Source: Tubiluchus corallicola | Taxonomy: Eukaryota; Animalia; Priapulida | DNA: 64,000 nucleotides | Assembly (NCBI GenBank): GCA_030141605.1 | Contig: JAQGDQ010000624.1 | Coordinates: 1-64,000, forward strand | Reading direction: 5' to 3' | Part shown: positions 49,672 through 62,915 of the stretch, one piece after another | Layout of the letters: each line of letters begins with the position of its first letter | Position numbering within the stretch: the stretch's first letter is position 1 | Program-made: the position numbers and the translations under genes | The notes under the pieces: model-generated | Told to the model about the DNA's origin: nothing | Seen by the model: the letters and a program-made list of their open reading frames with translations, nothing else | Databases searched by the model: none

Positions 49672-49755
49672 ACCGCACACACGGACGCACGCATGCACAA
49701 ATAATTTGTCAATACCGCACACACGGACGCACGCATGCACAAATAATTTGTCAAT
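49672..49755. repeat. Approximately 41-bp tandem duplication
   Basis: accgcacacacggacgcacgcatgcacaaataatttgtcaat twice. Confidence 0.9.
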
Positions 49756-50639
49756 TTGTAAGTTGGCAGGTCAAACTGAATATGCATAGTAGAAACTTTA
49801 TAGGTGAATTTGTAGAGAGCTTGAAATAGATACTTTTAAATTGAATTATATGTCTGGTTCACTCAGGTGGTTAAAGCAAGAAGAGAATAGAAAACTGTAG
49901 TGAACTGTGAAAGACTATTTGCTATTTACACTATTTAAATGAAAGGGAACACACATGGTGACAACTCAGCAGCAATAATCAAAAAGCCCAGGCTGGCCTT
50001 GGCAGAGCTACCCAAGTCACATGCACCAGCTGAGCTTATCTGATTGGCTAGTAAAACTCATTAGCAATGTTCACTACCATATATGGAAAGCCCAGCAGGT
50101 ACAGGTGACTGAGCAGCACAGACCAAGAACACAACCTCGATTAAAGTTACAACAGCAAACAATTTTAAATATAGGTAACATCACATGTCTAATTATTGGT
50201 AAAAGTACTTTCAGTTATAAATCCCAAATGAAAATGTGCGACATGCAGTGATAGCAAACTTAGTAACTTCGTGCACTAATTGAGTATCCACAAAGGGATC
50301 CAGGTTTCTAATTAACCAGGGTCGCCAGTTCAAAGTTACTAATGCTACAGATAGAAGACGCTCTTGTGAAAGACCGTTATAAAAATGCCCGGAAATAGGA
50401 AATAACACCCCAAAGACGTCTCTAGAGTGCTGAGATCACATCATTAATTTCCATCAGTTTCTTGAACTTTTCCTTGTTCGTATAATAGATAGGAAACGTG
50501 GGAGAAAATAACAGCTATAATGAGTGCAGCATCTTTTAATGAGGAAATGAGGCAACGACTTCGGTTACGAGCGGGACGATGTCACGCGTATGATCTTTTC
50601 TTTAGTTTATGGGCATAACTTCGCATGACAAATTACAAA

Positions 50640-51180
50640 TGATGAAAAAAGAAACAAACGAAAGAGAATGGAAAAAAGAAAGCCAAAGAAAGAACAGTAT
50701 AGCAAAAAAAGAAAACAAAAGGAGAGACAAGGATTGGGAAGAGAAACAGTGGACAACATAGGATAGACGAAAAGGATAACGTAGGAAAAGCAATTGCATG
50801 AAAAGAGAAGGAAGGAAAAGAGAAGAAAAGAAAAGGGAAGGGAGGAGAGAAGAGAAATGAAGTGAAGAGAAGTGAAGAGAGAAGAGGAGAGAAGAAGAGA
50901 AGAGGCGAAAAAAGAGAACAGATAAGAGAATGGAAGCGAAGTGAAAAGAGGAGGGGAGGAGAGCAGAGAAGAAAATGAGAGCTAAGGAAAGGTGAGATAC
51001 ACGTAGGTAAAATAAGGTGACAAAAAGGGAAAGAAAATGTAAAGTACAAGGGGAAAAGCATGGCAAGAAAAACTAAAATTTACATAAAGAAAGAAGGTAA
51101 AAGAGAAGGTAACGTAATGGAAGGAAAGGAAAACATAAGAAAGATCAAGCAAACAAAAAGAGGAAGAGGTTTAGAGACAG
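50640..51180. repeat. Purine-rich (A/G) low-complexity tract
   Basis: Direct. Confidence 0.85.
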
Positions 51181-51269
51181 TATTAATACATGCATTTATC
51201 TGGTAACGACAATGTGCAAAAGTGAGATTAGAAAATCCACACCATAAAAAGCACAAATGACTTGCGAAT

Positions 51270-51850
51270 ATTTCTTAAGAAGTTGTTCTCACTATCTTAA
51301 CTTAATATTGCAATAGTTCTCGGAAAAGTATTTCCGATAGGACAATTATTGCGCAGATAAAAGTTAAAACTAGATTTACACTACTTTAAGGCTAATTGTG
51401 AGTGTTCTGTGCATAGTAAGAACGTAGTCTTCTGTAGCTAAATATATAAGGAATAACTTTAAAGCCAAGTGATTATGTTTCTAGCTCATTACCTAAGTAA
51501 TCGCTTAATGCGTATGATGTTATAAAAGTGACACAACAAAAACCCCAAAACAATTATATAGTACATAACTGTACACAGACTAAATAAATACTAACAACTA
51601 TTATCGTAAATCAATGAGACGTCTAACCATTATTTTGTATTACTATTGTCATTCAAGGTGTACGTTTAACCTTGTAATATTACTGTAAATAGGTATTTGC
51701 ATTATGATGTTTTAATCAAATGTTTTTTTGAGTTTATTTTTTCTCTAGCTAGGAACTACAATGAAGATTAACAACTACTAATTTCTAATTATATGCTTTT
51801 CGAGAAGCTTCCTTTAGATACAAAAAACTTTCAGTCTGATTATCTTAGCA
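51270..51850. repeat. Dispersed repeat F, second copy
   Basis: See 32345-32890. Confidence 0.85.
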
Positions 51851-54319
51851 TTCCACATTTCAAGAGCAAACAAAATATCAAAGAAACTAAAAAATTTCTC
51901 GACAACAATACTGCATTGTAACACTTACAAGCGCTACTCGCAAAAGCTGACAGTTTGGACAGGTCTCGCATTGTTGTGGACACTGCAGTCCCACAATGCA
52001 GCATTCCTGTTTTGAGCAGCTACAAGAGAATCTCATTCAGCGATTCATTCGACCACACCCAGTACTTACCAGGACACAAAATTTTCACTGCTCCAGACAA
52101 GGAGGTATTCAAAATGCGAGGCATTGACTGGAACACATTGTCAAAGTCTTGTGACAATCATGACCGCTGGTTACACTGGTCAGTTGAACAACCATCCACA
52201 AACAACAATGATGAACAAAACAGTAGAGAGGTTTGGCTGTAAAATGATCAGTAGCAGGGGCTTCCCAATTTCCCAGTATACACATTGTTTTATGAGTTTA
52301 TGAATGTAAGATACATAGAAGTGAAGTGCGTGTGTGTTTATGCAGAAGGCCAGCTTTTCTTGATTTGGTGTATTTGTATAAATATGCTTTTCCAAACTGA
52401 ATTCGTATCATATGGAATGACCCCAGTTGGGCCTATGACATTATTAATTCACACAGTCTGTCAGTTTTTAGTAGGAAGATAGCCAAAATTTGCTGTTAAA
52501 ATGTTGGAAATTTAATAGATTCCTATAAAACATTACTCTAGTTCAAATGTCTCTCCCAATTTTGATAAACTTGCGCCTCGTGTTTACTTTTATTTTTTAT
52601 TTTCATATTTTTAATGTAAATAATGTAAATTTTATCCTGTGCAAACTGGTGTATTTTAATTTTGCCACTTTACAATGTAGGCTGGCCTAAGAGCTAACAT
52701 AGCCTGCCAGTCTCATCTTTTATAAAATAATTTATATTTTATAAATATTCTTAACAAATAAATAATAAATAAATTCTGCGCGTGTAGCTGCAACGAGGAA
52801 GACTATAATTTTTTTACGAAAAAGATGGTGAAAAAAGAAAAAAACAGGTGAAGAATAACAGGTTTGCTGATATTGTTGTTCATGATGTTGATGTTGATGA
52901 TGATGACGATGATGTTGATGATGATGATGATAATGACGACGATGATAACAACAACGACAAAGCATGATGACGATAAATGCTGAGCCAATCGGGCTTATGA
53001 AATTCACATATTTTCGTTTATAGTGCAAAATAATTAATTTTTAATAGGAAACTGATGCAAAATTAGTACAATTATCTACCACGCGAAAATATCATGTGCA
53101 CAATTTTCACTTACTGGAACATAAAAACATTTCACGACGCGCAGTAATTCAAATCCTGTGACAATTACTGTATTCAGGCAAAAATAAAATGCTGTCAGCG
53201 TTTCAAAATTCCAGGAAACAGTAAAATGATAAATGCGCCTCTATTGCACCATGCGACAATTATTCATACAATACACAAATGCTGGTGTCAATGCAAATAG
53301 TAGTGCTACTTAAAGCACCGCTATTATTAAAGCAAACAACAAAGGACTGATGGTAGAAGCCAACCTGTTACACACGTCACATGTGTCCATATTTTATGCT
53401 AATTTATTGCAAGAGACGAAAAGTAGCCAGCATCTCTATGCATTTAGAGCAACATTGCATAATGCTACAGAATTGTTTTAAAAATCCAAATCTTTTTACA
53501 TACATGTGCTTCCTCAGTTTGCAAGCTGGAACACAGCATTGAAAGCAAGACGTATTATTGCGAACAGGTGTGGCTGGACCGGAATTCGGTTATATTAAGG
53601 ACAATCTCCCACGATGCGACATTGAATCAGGACAAGTGCCTCGGTCACGTGGCAAGTGCCTAAGTAATACGTCCCCAACCAACAATATAAACAGAATCCG
53701 ATGAAATCACGACTTCGCTCGCTATGCACATACAGTGACCGCTCGGTTATGGTACTCGCCTGCACGTAGGAGTACAGAATTAAATTACGCAAGTAGGCCT
53801 ACTCATGGCTACGCATAATAGATTAATAGACATTTCTGCGACTTACCTAAATAGAAGAACATTTTAAAACTTGATAAGTTTAATAAATAATTTAATCTTA
53901 AACTTCAACGTTATTTAGACGTTAAAACAGCCACTAAAAGAATACAGAACAAAACGCGATATCGCTATCATAAAGCTACATTCTTGAACAGCAAGATACA
54001 TCTGAGACCTAAATATGAATTGTCTTTTGTAAGATGGTTCATTACAGCGTTCATCAACACACCCGCATGTCATTGGCCAAGCCAGTAAAGTGTAATTTAG
54101 CTGTGAGTAACCTTATTTGCTAGCTAACAAGAACTGGCTACAAATTAACGTTCGTACAAGTTTTCATTATGCCAGAAGAGAATTACACGAGTGCAAGGAA
54201 TACTTCTTCTTCAAGGTGTCATTGCATCTATTGTAGAGAGTGAGGCATTTCCATTTATTAGAGTATTCCACCCACTCCTATCTGCAGCTAACAATACATG
54301 TTCTTATGCTCTTAAAGAT

Positions 54320-54810
54320 AGATTTGGTTGAAGTTGTTGAACATCTTTAATTATCTCAGCTATCCAAGTTGTTTTTGGTTTGCCAGGTGGTTTTTTGCAA
54401 GGTTTTAAGACTTCCTTTAAGGTGATTCTTACTGGTGTTTCACTTAGTAATCTTAGGTGTTCTATCCATCTTAATCTTCGGATCTTGACTTTTGAACTCT
54501 AAGAAATTTCTTTCGTTCCAGTATATAAATCTTCATTTTTTGATTATGTATGGCCATCTTAGCTTCAAAACTTTCCTTAGAAGACTTCGATGAAATGTGT
54601 CAATCTGCTTTTCTTGAATAATCGTTAAATCCCATGTTTCACTGATGTATACAAATATGCTGGTAACGTAAGCACCAAATAATCAAAGTCTTATGTTAAG
54701 ACTTAATTTTTTGCTAGTTCTTGTGTTGAGAAAAGCATGCATTGCTGGCTGCTTTCTACTTTTAATATCATCTTCAGTGTTTAGAAAAGTGCCCATACAT
54801 TTGCACTTTT
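54320..54810 (-). mobile_element. RTE-clade LINE relic (RT C-terminal region, with stops and a frameshift)
   Basis: Translates to ...TEDDIKSRKQ...LNIRL*LFGAYVTSIFVYISETWDLT...IDTFHRSLLRKVLKLRWP...NEDLY...IRRLRWIEHL...KKPPGKPKTTW, the typical RTE C-terminal pattern. Confidence 0.85.
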
Positions 54811-55310
54811 TTCAAGACTAGTATCAAGGAATAGTTGCACAGCTAAAACTGTTTCAAGCAAATAAACATGTCGGTTCAGTATAATGGCTGAAAAAAGAAA
54901 AAGGCACACCTATTGCAAACAAACATAGTAACCGCTGGATTTTAATTCATGTTTTGTATTTTTAGATTCTGTATATATGTTTACTATATTTTTTGTAAAT
55001 CTTCGTAGCTCTTTCAATAGTGCCTGACATTGGAGTATTTCTTAGTGTTTAGTGTATGGTACATAGCATGTTTATGGTATACTCGTATACTTTTATATAG
55101 TATTTTTATGTGCTAAAATAAACTTTTAATAAAAAAATAAATTATTTTTAATAAATAGTATTGCGATGGTCAGTAAATGGATTGGTGACCACAAGCGTGG
55201 TTTCGGTTGCCATATTTGCCCTGGGTATTTCACACCGTTGAAGCAGAATGTGTGTACAGCTGAGTGTAGTCAGTAATCCACGTGAGAGGATTACTTGCTT
55301 AATGGAGATC

Positions 55311-55902
55311 CAGGGGCGTCGCTAGGGTTTGTGTCACCCGCTGTGGTACTCATGGTATCATCCCTGCGTTGGAGCTTATATACTGTATCATACAAAATCC
55401 TTTAGTAGAATCTTATGTACGTAGCTAACACTTACTACATTTCGATTAGGAGAAAAACCATTTAGACAACATCATTTCGTTTTCCAACCTACTGAGTTAA
55501 AGTGGTAAGAACACGTTAGTAGATTGACAATGTTTAATTAAAAAATGTTTTACTATTTTTACTTTTTAAATTTTTTGTATGTGATATTTACATATTGAAG
55601 CAACACTTTTAATCTTATAAAAATACACTATTTAGATGAAATATCAAAAGAAATTGGCATTAAAACACAAACAATTCTTTATTTATTAATTATATGTCAA
55701 CAACCAGAAATTTCCTTTCCTGGTATATATGCCAGGGTAAGTTTGGAGTAGTATAGCTATATGTAGCAAAGCGGAAGCAGAGGTAGAAAAGAATTCTAGG
55801 CAGGAAATCTGTCACATTTTTTAGCCTACCCTGTCCAAAAATACACTTACATTTATGGTATCACACATGATGGTGTCACGCACCCCCCTTGAGACGCCAC
55901 TA
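55311..55902. mobile_element. hAT-superfamily MITE with perfect 8-bp TSD
   Basis: tggagatc-CAGGGGCGTC ... GACGCCACTA-tggagatc (TSD at 55303-55310 and 55903-55910). Confidence 0.9.
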
Positions 55903-56566
55903 TGGAGATCTACTATTTTGCATATCTAATCTTCCCTTATTTCTGTTTTCGTTATGACCTTTGCAACGTTTTTCGAGAGCTTTTGTTATACTTTTCAACT
56001 TCTTTCAAAAACTTCAAATAGATCAAAGAAACATCAAAATCAATAAAAAAATCAAGCATTTTGGGTGCTTTCTTTTTATTTTGTTGGATCATAGGGATTA
56101 GCAAGCAGGTCTTGCAAGTTCTGTATTTTAGTCTGTGGACATTATCGCAAAATTACAATGCGCTATTACCAATATGTCTAGCAATTTCTGTCCTATAACA
56201 ACTGTAAAATGAATAATTCAGCAATGTACAGCAAAATATTTCTTGAATTCATCTGCATGGTACTTTTGTCAAATTTGTTTCACGGGCATTTTTGTTTTCC
56301 AGTATTGTGATTTTTCAAAGCTTAATGCTTTTTGCCAAGGATAAAGCAATCAGCGCAACCCATTCGCGCTGCTAAATCAATTTAAAATGTTCATGTAACC
56401 TTTAAACGCCAGATAATGTAATACAAGTTTGCCTGAGAGTGAATAATTTTTTATGCTGTGTAGTCTCCAGTTGAGAAGACAAAATGCGTCAATGTCAGCA
56501 ATTGCGCTTGAGAAAGATGACCCTGTGTACGCATGCGTGACAGATGATTCTGCGCGTGCATGATGA

Positions 56567-58463
56567 CTTCTTCACGAATAGGCCAGACCCTTGCAATGCC
56601 ATTTGAGGGTTAATTGATGACCATTTGGTTGCTGTAGCAAATTATTTCACTGACGTGGAGAATGAAGTAAAGCAACTTTCACTCTTTCCTTCAAAGACCA
56701 AATAAAAGTAGGAAACGAAATGCTATGAGCAATGAGCACACCTTTAGTAATGCTTCTGACGATTAAGATTAAGGATTTTCAGACGATCAGACAACATGTC
56801 ATGTCGCCCTATGTTAGTAAATTGTGTAAATAATTCATTTTTTAATAAATATTTTAATTGTACTTTTGTGAGCGTGTGTGTTATGTAAATGACTGTAACA
56901 ATTTGTACTGATATTCACCCAATAAACATAACTATCAAATATATGAAAATAACATCTCTGCATTAGTCATGCTCCAGGTGATTAGACCACCTCTTTCAGG
57001 GCATGCTCTTCATTATTAAAATGGTTTCTTTAGTTATACTTAAAATAATTAAAATTGCGCCTTTAATTAAGCTTTAGATGATTAAAATGGCTCCACCGTA
57101 GTTACGTTCTCGATGATTAAAAAGGCTCCTTTAGTTATGTCTGGATGATTCAAATGGCGACTTTAGTCGTGCTGTAGATGTCAGAAATAGCCCAGTTAAA
57201 CAAAATATCTTGTTGCAGTTTTGACCAATGTGATTTATGATTTTAGATCAATCCCATTGACCTTAACGACAAAACTGTCTTTATGGTTTTGGCTCTTGAC
57301 GACTAAAATGGCTTCCTGACTTTAATTCTAAAAAGTAAAAAGTAGTCACACTTCTAGGAAAAGTAAAAAATACATGCTCCCACTTTGGGATGATTTCGTG
57401 ATCTTAACGTTGGTTGAGTAAAATTGTTTGACGACACAAGTTCTGGGCGATTACTTTTATGATCTTGACTAGATAACTCCACGATTCAACCTGGCTTCAT
57501 AATCCTAACTTTAAAAGAGTGACGAGTCATTCTCCCGGCGTCGGATGACAAGAATGGCTTAATGGTCATAATTCTAGATGAGATAAATGGCTCCATGATC
57601 CTGGTTCTGGATGACTAAAACGGTTTCCTGATACTGAAGACAAGTTGCTCTGCGTCTCTAGTAATATCTGGTTCTGGATTGCCAGCTAAAGATTCTGGAT
57701 CATGTGCGTATATGTGTATGTATGTACGGCAATATGAAATATATAGGTATATATTTTCTACTTACAGTTATGAATGCTGATTCTCGTAGCTTTTCCTTTA
57801 TAATTATTTTGCTGATGTTTTTTATATTTCTTACATCGTGTTACCGTAATTTAAAATATTTCTTGTTTTATCATTTTTGCCTTTATTGTTGCCTCTTATT
57901 TATCACGTACATTGTTGTTTTGTTATTTTTTGTATATTTTGTTTTGTCAATTTATAGGAATACTGATTAAAAAATAAGTTGCTTGTATTCTAACGTCACC
58001 AAGGTACACTTTTATCGCATAATATTATGAGTGAGGGGTGGATGCTCGGTGACCATTGGGTCTTTTTCTACCCCCGTCTCTTTCTTTAATTACTACTTTG
58101 TCACTTACACTTTGCTGTATATTGTTTTTGTAGGAGTCAAATAAATTCAATTCAATTCAAATCAATTCTTATGGGACATCCAATCGTCCAGAAGATTACA
58201 GTTCAATAACTCACAAACATACAAGCGATTATGAATACAATTACAAATTATGAATGTCATCTAGTCACGAGTAAATGAGTGCTGAAACACTTGACATGGT
58301 GATCATAGCATTTCGTTTCCTACTTTAACTGGTCTTGAACGGAAAGAGTGAAAGTTGCTTTGCTTCATTTTCCACATCAGTGAAATAATTTATTACAGCA
58401 ACCAATTTTGATCATCAATTAACCCTCAAACGGCATTGTAAGGGTCTGGACTGTTCACGAAGA
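56567..58463. mobile_element. Approximately 160-bp inverted repeats enclosing about 1.6 kb (possible foldback/non-autonomous element)
   Basis: 56567-56730 is the reverse complement of about 58300-58463; the interior holds a degenerate gatgattaaaatggct repeat; no clear TSD. Confidence 0.55.
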
Positions 58464-58912
58464 AAGGGAGTCACACTGGTGGTCGCAGGTTCGCGGCTCA
58501 AATGTCATTTCTGAACCGTAATTTATGTCACGTTGAAACAGAAAGAGATCAAGTTTAGCCGTCTGGAAGATAGATAGTACTCAGGTATATGGAATGCCAC
58601 CCAGTTGTCAATAAAAACAGCTAATTTCACACGTGTAGGCATTGTTTTTGTACTTCAAAGGGTATTGCTGTTCTTCATTATTTCGGGTTACAAGGATACC
58701 TCTTCGGCTCTATAATACGAGTAAAGCGTTTCTGATGCGGTTATCAAAAACATATTTTGCTAGAGCTAAATTCCTTGGACATGGTGGCGGCAACATCAAA
58801 GGCAGATAGACAAGAAGCCAAGTCTCAAGTCTAGTTCTGAGTAGTCTCTGACGCTGTCGTGCATATAATGTGGTAACTTTAAGACATCACTTGAATGATG
58901 TCAAACAGGAAT

Positions 58913-59432
58913 TTAAAGGAAAACAGGACAATTTTTCGTATCCTACCCTACTTTTAAGTACAGTAAAACAGTACACATTTTAAGACCGATAATAACGCTA
59001 AAGCACTTCTGGTAATTAAATAATAAAGCCAACCAGTGATGACATCACAACTGAACATAATTTTACGTTCAACAGAAACAACTGAACGTTTGAGAGCTCA
59101 TGCGTGAGCACAGCCGCAAAATTGAAATTTGAATTTTTATCTTAAAAGTTGCCTAGTTTTAGTACAACACACTGAAAATCTTACAGTAGTACTGTACTTC
59201 AAATTTTCGTTTTCACAACACGTACAACACGCTCATGAAATATTTTTGCTGTTGAAAATTATGTTAGTTTGCGATGTCATCAACAGTTGGGCTCGCCCGC
59301 CATTAATTAAGTTTTTAATCTACTATTTAATTAACAGAAACGCTATTGCATTATTAATTGTGTTAAAATGTATACTTTTTATAGGACTCGAAAATGAGGT
59401 AGTATATGAAAAATCCTCTTGTTTTCCTTTAA
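58913..59432. mobile_element. MITE family B, foldback-type copy with long TIRs
   Basis: TTAA-aggaaaacagg ... cttgttttcct-TTAA; both ends carry the same family-B terminus. Confidence 0.8.
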
Positions 59433-59594
59433 AGAATGCGTTATTTTATTGACAGGACAGTTAACTGCAACATCTTCTAATACACTGATGATAAATATGT
59501 AGAGCATTTGCTGTAATTTGCTACGCAGTGTTTATCTAGCACGAAATGGAACAGTTTGTGAGAACATTTTGTCTACAGACGAAAAAGAAATGGA

Positions 59595-60106
59595 AAGGTG
59601 TATGTTGGGTTTATTTTACTGTTATCACTTAAACGTAAAAAACATGGCAAAGAAATTTCTCTAAAGTAAATATTTAAAACGTACTACTCTTGAATAGAAA
59701 TCTTTTGGCGTGGCAGTTGCCGCCATTCCATTGAAAATTATGACATAACTGGAAGACTTCATGGCTTTACGTAAGCGCGCGCGCTACTTAATTCAAAATT
59801 CTGCAGCTTACCCAAGGTTCACACAAAAACATTACAAAATTAGCTATTTAATTTCTTTGTAAAAACTTATTATACTTTTGACGAAGACTGACAGTGCGTC
59901 ACCTTTCTTCAGGACGAATGACGTCATTAGAAGAAGAATGGACATTGAAAATTGGAGCACCCAAGCATGAAGTGATCGCGACTTTAAAGTGCTTTTACTA
60001 ACTACGTGAGGCGCTTATTGCAGTTTTGCTACTAAATCCTTCTAACATTTTTTTTGCTTACACAGAAATAAGCTTAACTTCCGAGAAGACTTGGCCTTTC
60101 CTTTAA
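59595..60106 (-). mobile_element. MITE family C, inverted
   Basis: Ends cttggcctttcct-TTAA, the reverse complement of the 14330 start. Confidence 0.78.
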
Positions 60107-60444
60107 GAAGCAATTTTTAGTTTAAATACGTCGATAGATATTATTCACTAACGCACATGATTTAACCAATTGAAACCAGACAATGTCGAGTTCAAGGATC
60201 AAGTCCTTATGACAAAAGTCCTTCAGCACTTCTGCAACAATGTCTTCAAGAGAAGCCAAACCTGTAATTCCACAAATTAAAACTGAAATCCGTGGGACTA
60301 TTTGCTCAACTCGCTGGGGAAGTGGCAAGACGGGAAACCTGCTCAGATGGGAAACGTTTGGTATAATTTGCCACACAAGCCGAGAAGACTTAAAAACAAG
60401 GAGGAATAGGGTGAGGTCATACAGTAGCGTCAGCTTATGTCATT

Positions 60445-60900
60445 AGTAGTAGAAGTAGCAGTAGTAGTAGTTTATTAACTATAAAATTAATATTTACAAT
60501 CTTTAGCAGGGATAGCAAAATTGAAACATTTCATAGCCCAAAATTTTCGATTTTTCAGAAAGCAGCAACATTATACAAAGGTTAAAAAGTTCTTAACAAC
60601 AAATTTTCATTCAGTGTCAGTAAAAAATATGATAATGACTGAGCTGAACTTAAATTGTAACACTTCATTGCGGTACTTGCAAAAATTAGCGCGTTTTCTT
60701 ATTTATAAGCTTTTAAAATATTGAAACATATCTCAAATACAAAGTTCTTATTCATAATTGACGTTAAGGATGTAAATTCTGTATTGCTGAATCTTCTTCT
60801 AGTTTCAGCTGTTAAATGACAGTCCATTAAAGCGTTCGGTTTTCAGTTTGGGTTTCTCCAAAATTACAGTCTCTGTCTTCTACCTACGTTAGATTACCAC
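60445..60900 (-). mobile_element. LINE 3'-end relic with (ACT)n tail, inverted relative to 61778
   Basis: 60720-60860 is the reverse complement of about 61880-62030; (AGT)n at 60445-60471. Confidence 0.7.
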
Positions 60901-61299
60901 AGGATTCTCCACTTACTACAGCAATACATCAAGCACCAATACATGGGAAGAATACAATAAGAGGACAGCTGATCGGGTATTTGGATGTTTTGAAGAAGGA
61001 CTTATTAAACACTCCACTTGATTTAAACTTGGCGTGTGGCATCAGATCGGGGACATGTCATCAAGGTGGTGCTACGTTGCATAACGGAACAGCCTAGGCC
61101 GAAAAGCCAAGAAGAATTGTTACAGTTTTCTTAGAATGTTCTTTTATTTATGGACATGATGTGAAACAATGCCTAATTTTTATGACACAGTAGTAACGTT
61201 GCCGTCAGAACGATAAAACCACAAAAAATTTTGAACAATAAAAATACCAGACATAAAAGATATGATCTGATCATGCGCCATGTTCAAACTTGCTTCAAT

Positions 61300-61610
61300 G
61301 TGCCTCCACGATGGATAGGGTAGAACCCCTTGTTGCATTTTTCCGCAATAAATTTCGTGGATTAGACGCACAGTTTCTTTTGGAAACGCAACGCAGCGTC
61401 AAAGCATGTCAAATCCGCGGGACAAAGTGGACTCATATCTAATGGATTTGCGGGGTAATTTATATTGATTCAGCAAAGTTCTATCACAGTAAATGAAAAA
61501 TAGCTTGGCACAGGGTAGCAGCTCTGGCTAAATCTACAGCTAACTGCAAAAACATCGTGCTGCAAGATATATTTCTTGTCAGCGTCAAACATTTTTCTGA
61601 TAATGACCCG
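61300..61610 (-). mobile_element. Possible Tc1/mariner transposase relic
   Basis: Minus-strand fragments KKYILQHD and YPANPLDMSP at roughly DDE-like spacing resemble the F-Q-Q-D-N-A and W-P-x-x-S-P-D-L-N-P motifs; frame-broken. Confidence 0.3.
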
Positions 61611-61777
61611 AATTTTCACATTCAAAATCAAAATTAGTTATGGCAACTTTTCCAGATAGTCAAACCATAATCCTGCAGAGTAGTCTAAGTCAACTTTCAC
61701 ACCTCTTGATTACATAGTCCGACTGGTCGCAGTGTGAGATCAGCGACCACAGTTGAGGAACGCCAAGCCTGGTCTGG

Positions 61778-62195
61778 ATGGATAAAAGCCACATTGCCTA
61801 TAAACGATTGAGACTCCAGGTGCACTATTTAAAAGTTGAAACTGATAGAAGGCGTAACACAGATAGAAGACAGAGACTCTGCAATTGTGGAAAAATCCAA
61901 ACTGAAAAGCACATTTTGATGGACTGTCATTTAACAGCTGAAACTAGAAGAAGATTCACCAATGAACACTTTACAGTAGACTAGACGTCAATTATAAATA
62001 GCAATTTTGTATTTGAGATCTGTTTCAACATTCTAAAAGCTTACGAATAAGAAAACACACAAACTTTTGCAAGTACTATAATGACTAAAGTGTTACAATT
62101 CTGTAAAATTCTGTAAGCGCAGCCCAGTCATTATCATATTTTTTTACTAATACTAAATGAAAATTTGTTATTGTGAACTTTTTAGCCTTGTATAA

Positions 62196-62226
<31 letters not shown>

Positions 62227-62287
62227 CCTGCTGCTACTGCTGTTGCTGCTGCTGCTGCTGCTGCTGCTACTGCTACTGCTACTGCTG

Positions 62288-62378
<91 letters not shown>

Positions 62379-62385
62379 TACTACC
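61778..62385 (+). mobile_element. LINE 3' end (RTEX/Crack-like zinc-finger C-terminus) with (GCT)n(ACT)n tail
   Basis: RLRLQVHYLKVETDR...RLCNCGKIQTEKHILMDC matches the LINE ORF2 terminal CCHC pattern; followed by a 3' UTR and a trinucleotide tail at 62197-62385. Confidence 0.8.
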
Positions 62386-62915
62386 ATTTTCACAAGAAAA
62401 AATCTTTCATGTTGTCTTATTGATACATCTTCTATCACTTCTCACAGGAAGCCAATCTGATGTTAGTAGGGACAGAGCTGTATTACGTAAATGATAAAGC
62501 AAGTTCCAAAGCGCCTTTATATTAATTTATAACAAAAATAAATAAAAGAAATACCAACACAAATAAAATTGAGTTTGAAACAAACTCTACATAAATAATA
62601 GAAAGCTGAACAAGCACCTGGAATTATTGAACTGACTTCACTGCTTCAGCTGACCAGACGATATTTTTCACTCTGTTGCCCCACGGCGATGACAATTTGA
62701 CACGTTAATGAAAACTTGTTACCCAGTAAATTTATTAGCGAGTAAGAATCCATTGTATCGACTAAACGCAACGTAAATTTTAAATGTACGACGCTGACAC
62801 GTTTTGAACAAATTGATACATGACTTTACATTCATTTTAATTAGCATCCCAGACTCCCCGGGAATAATTTATAATGAATGAAAGAAGGAAGGCGATTAAA
62901 TAAAATTTCACTGCA

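Noticed and set aside
50602-51066. Hydrophobic F/L/S-rich ORFs resembling membrane proteins
   Set aside because: Reverse strand of a purine-rich low-complexity tract.
51929-52242. GC-richer island with a 95-aa plus ORF and two minus-strand gtaagt donors
   Set aside because: No recognisable domain, and the phases do not fit the ANKFN1 chain. It could be non-coding exons but cannot be supported.
60122-60446. 84-aa and 68-aa ORFs with a faint Tc1-like NPWDYL motif
   Set aside because: Too short and degenerate to assign.
62085-62494. Poly-Ala/Thr/Leu/Val ORFs
   Set aside because: (GCT)n(ACT)n tail of a LINE fragment.
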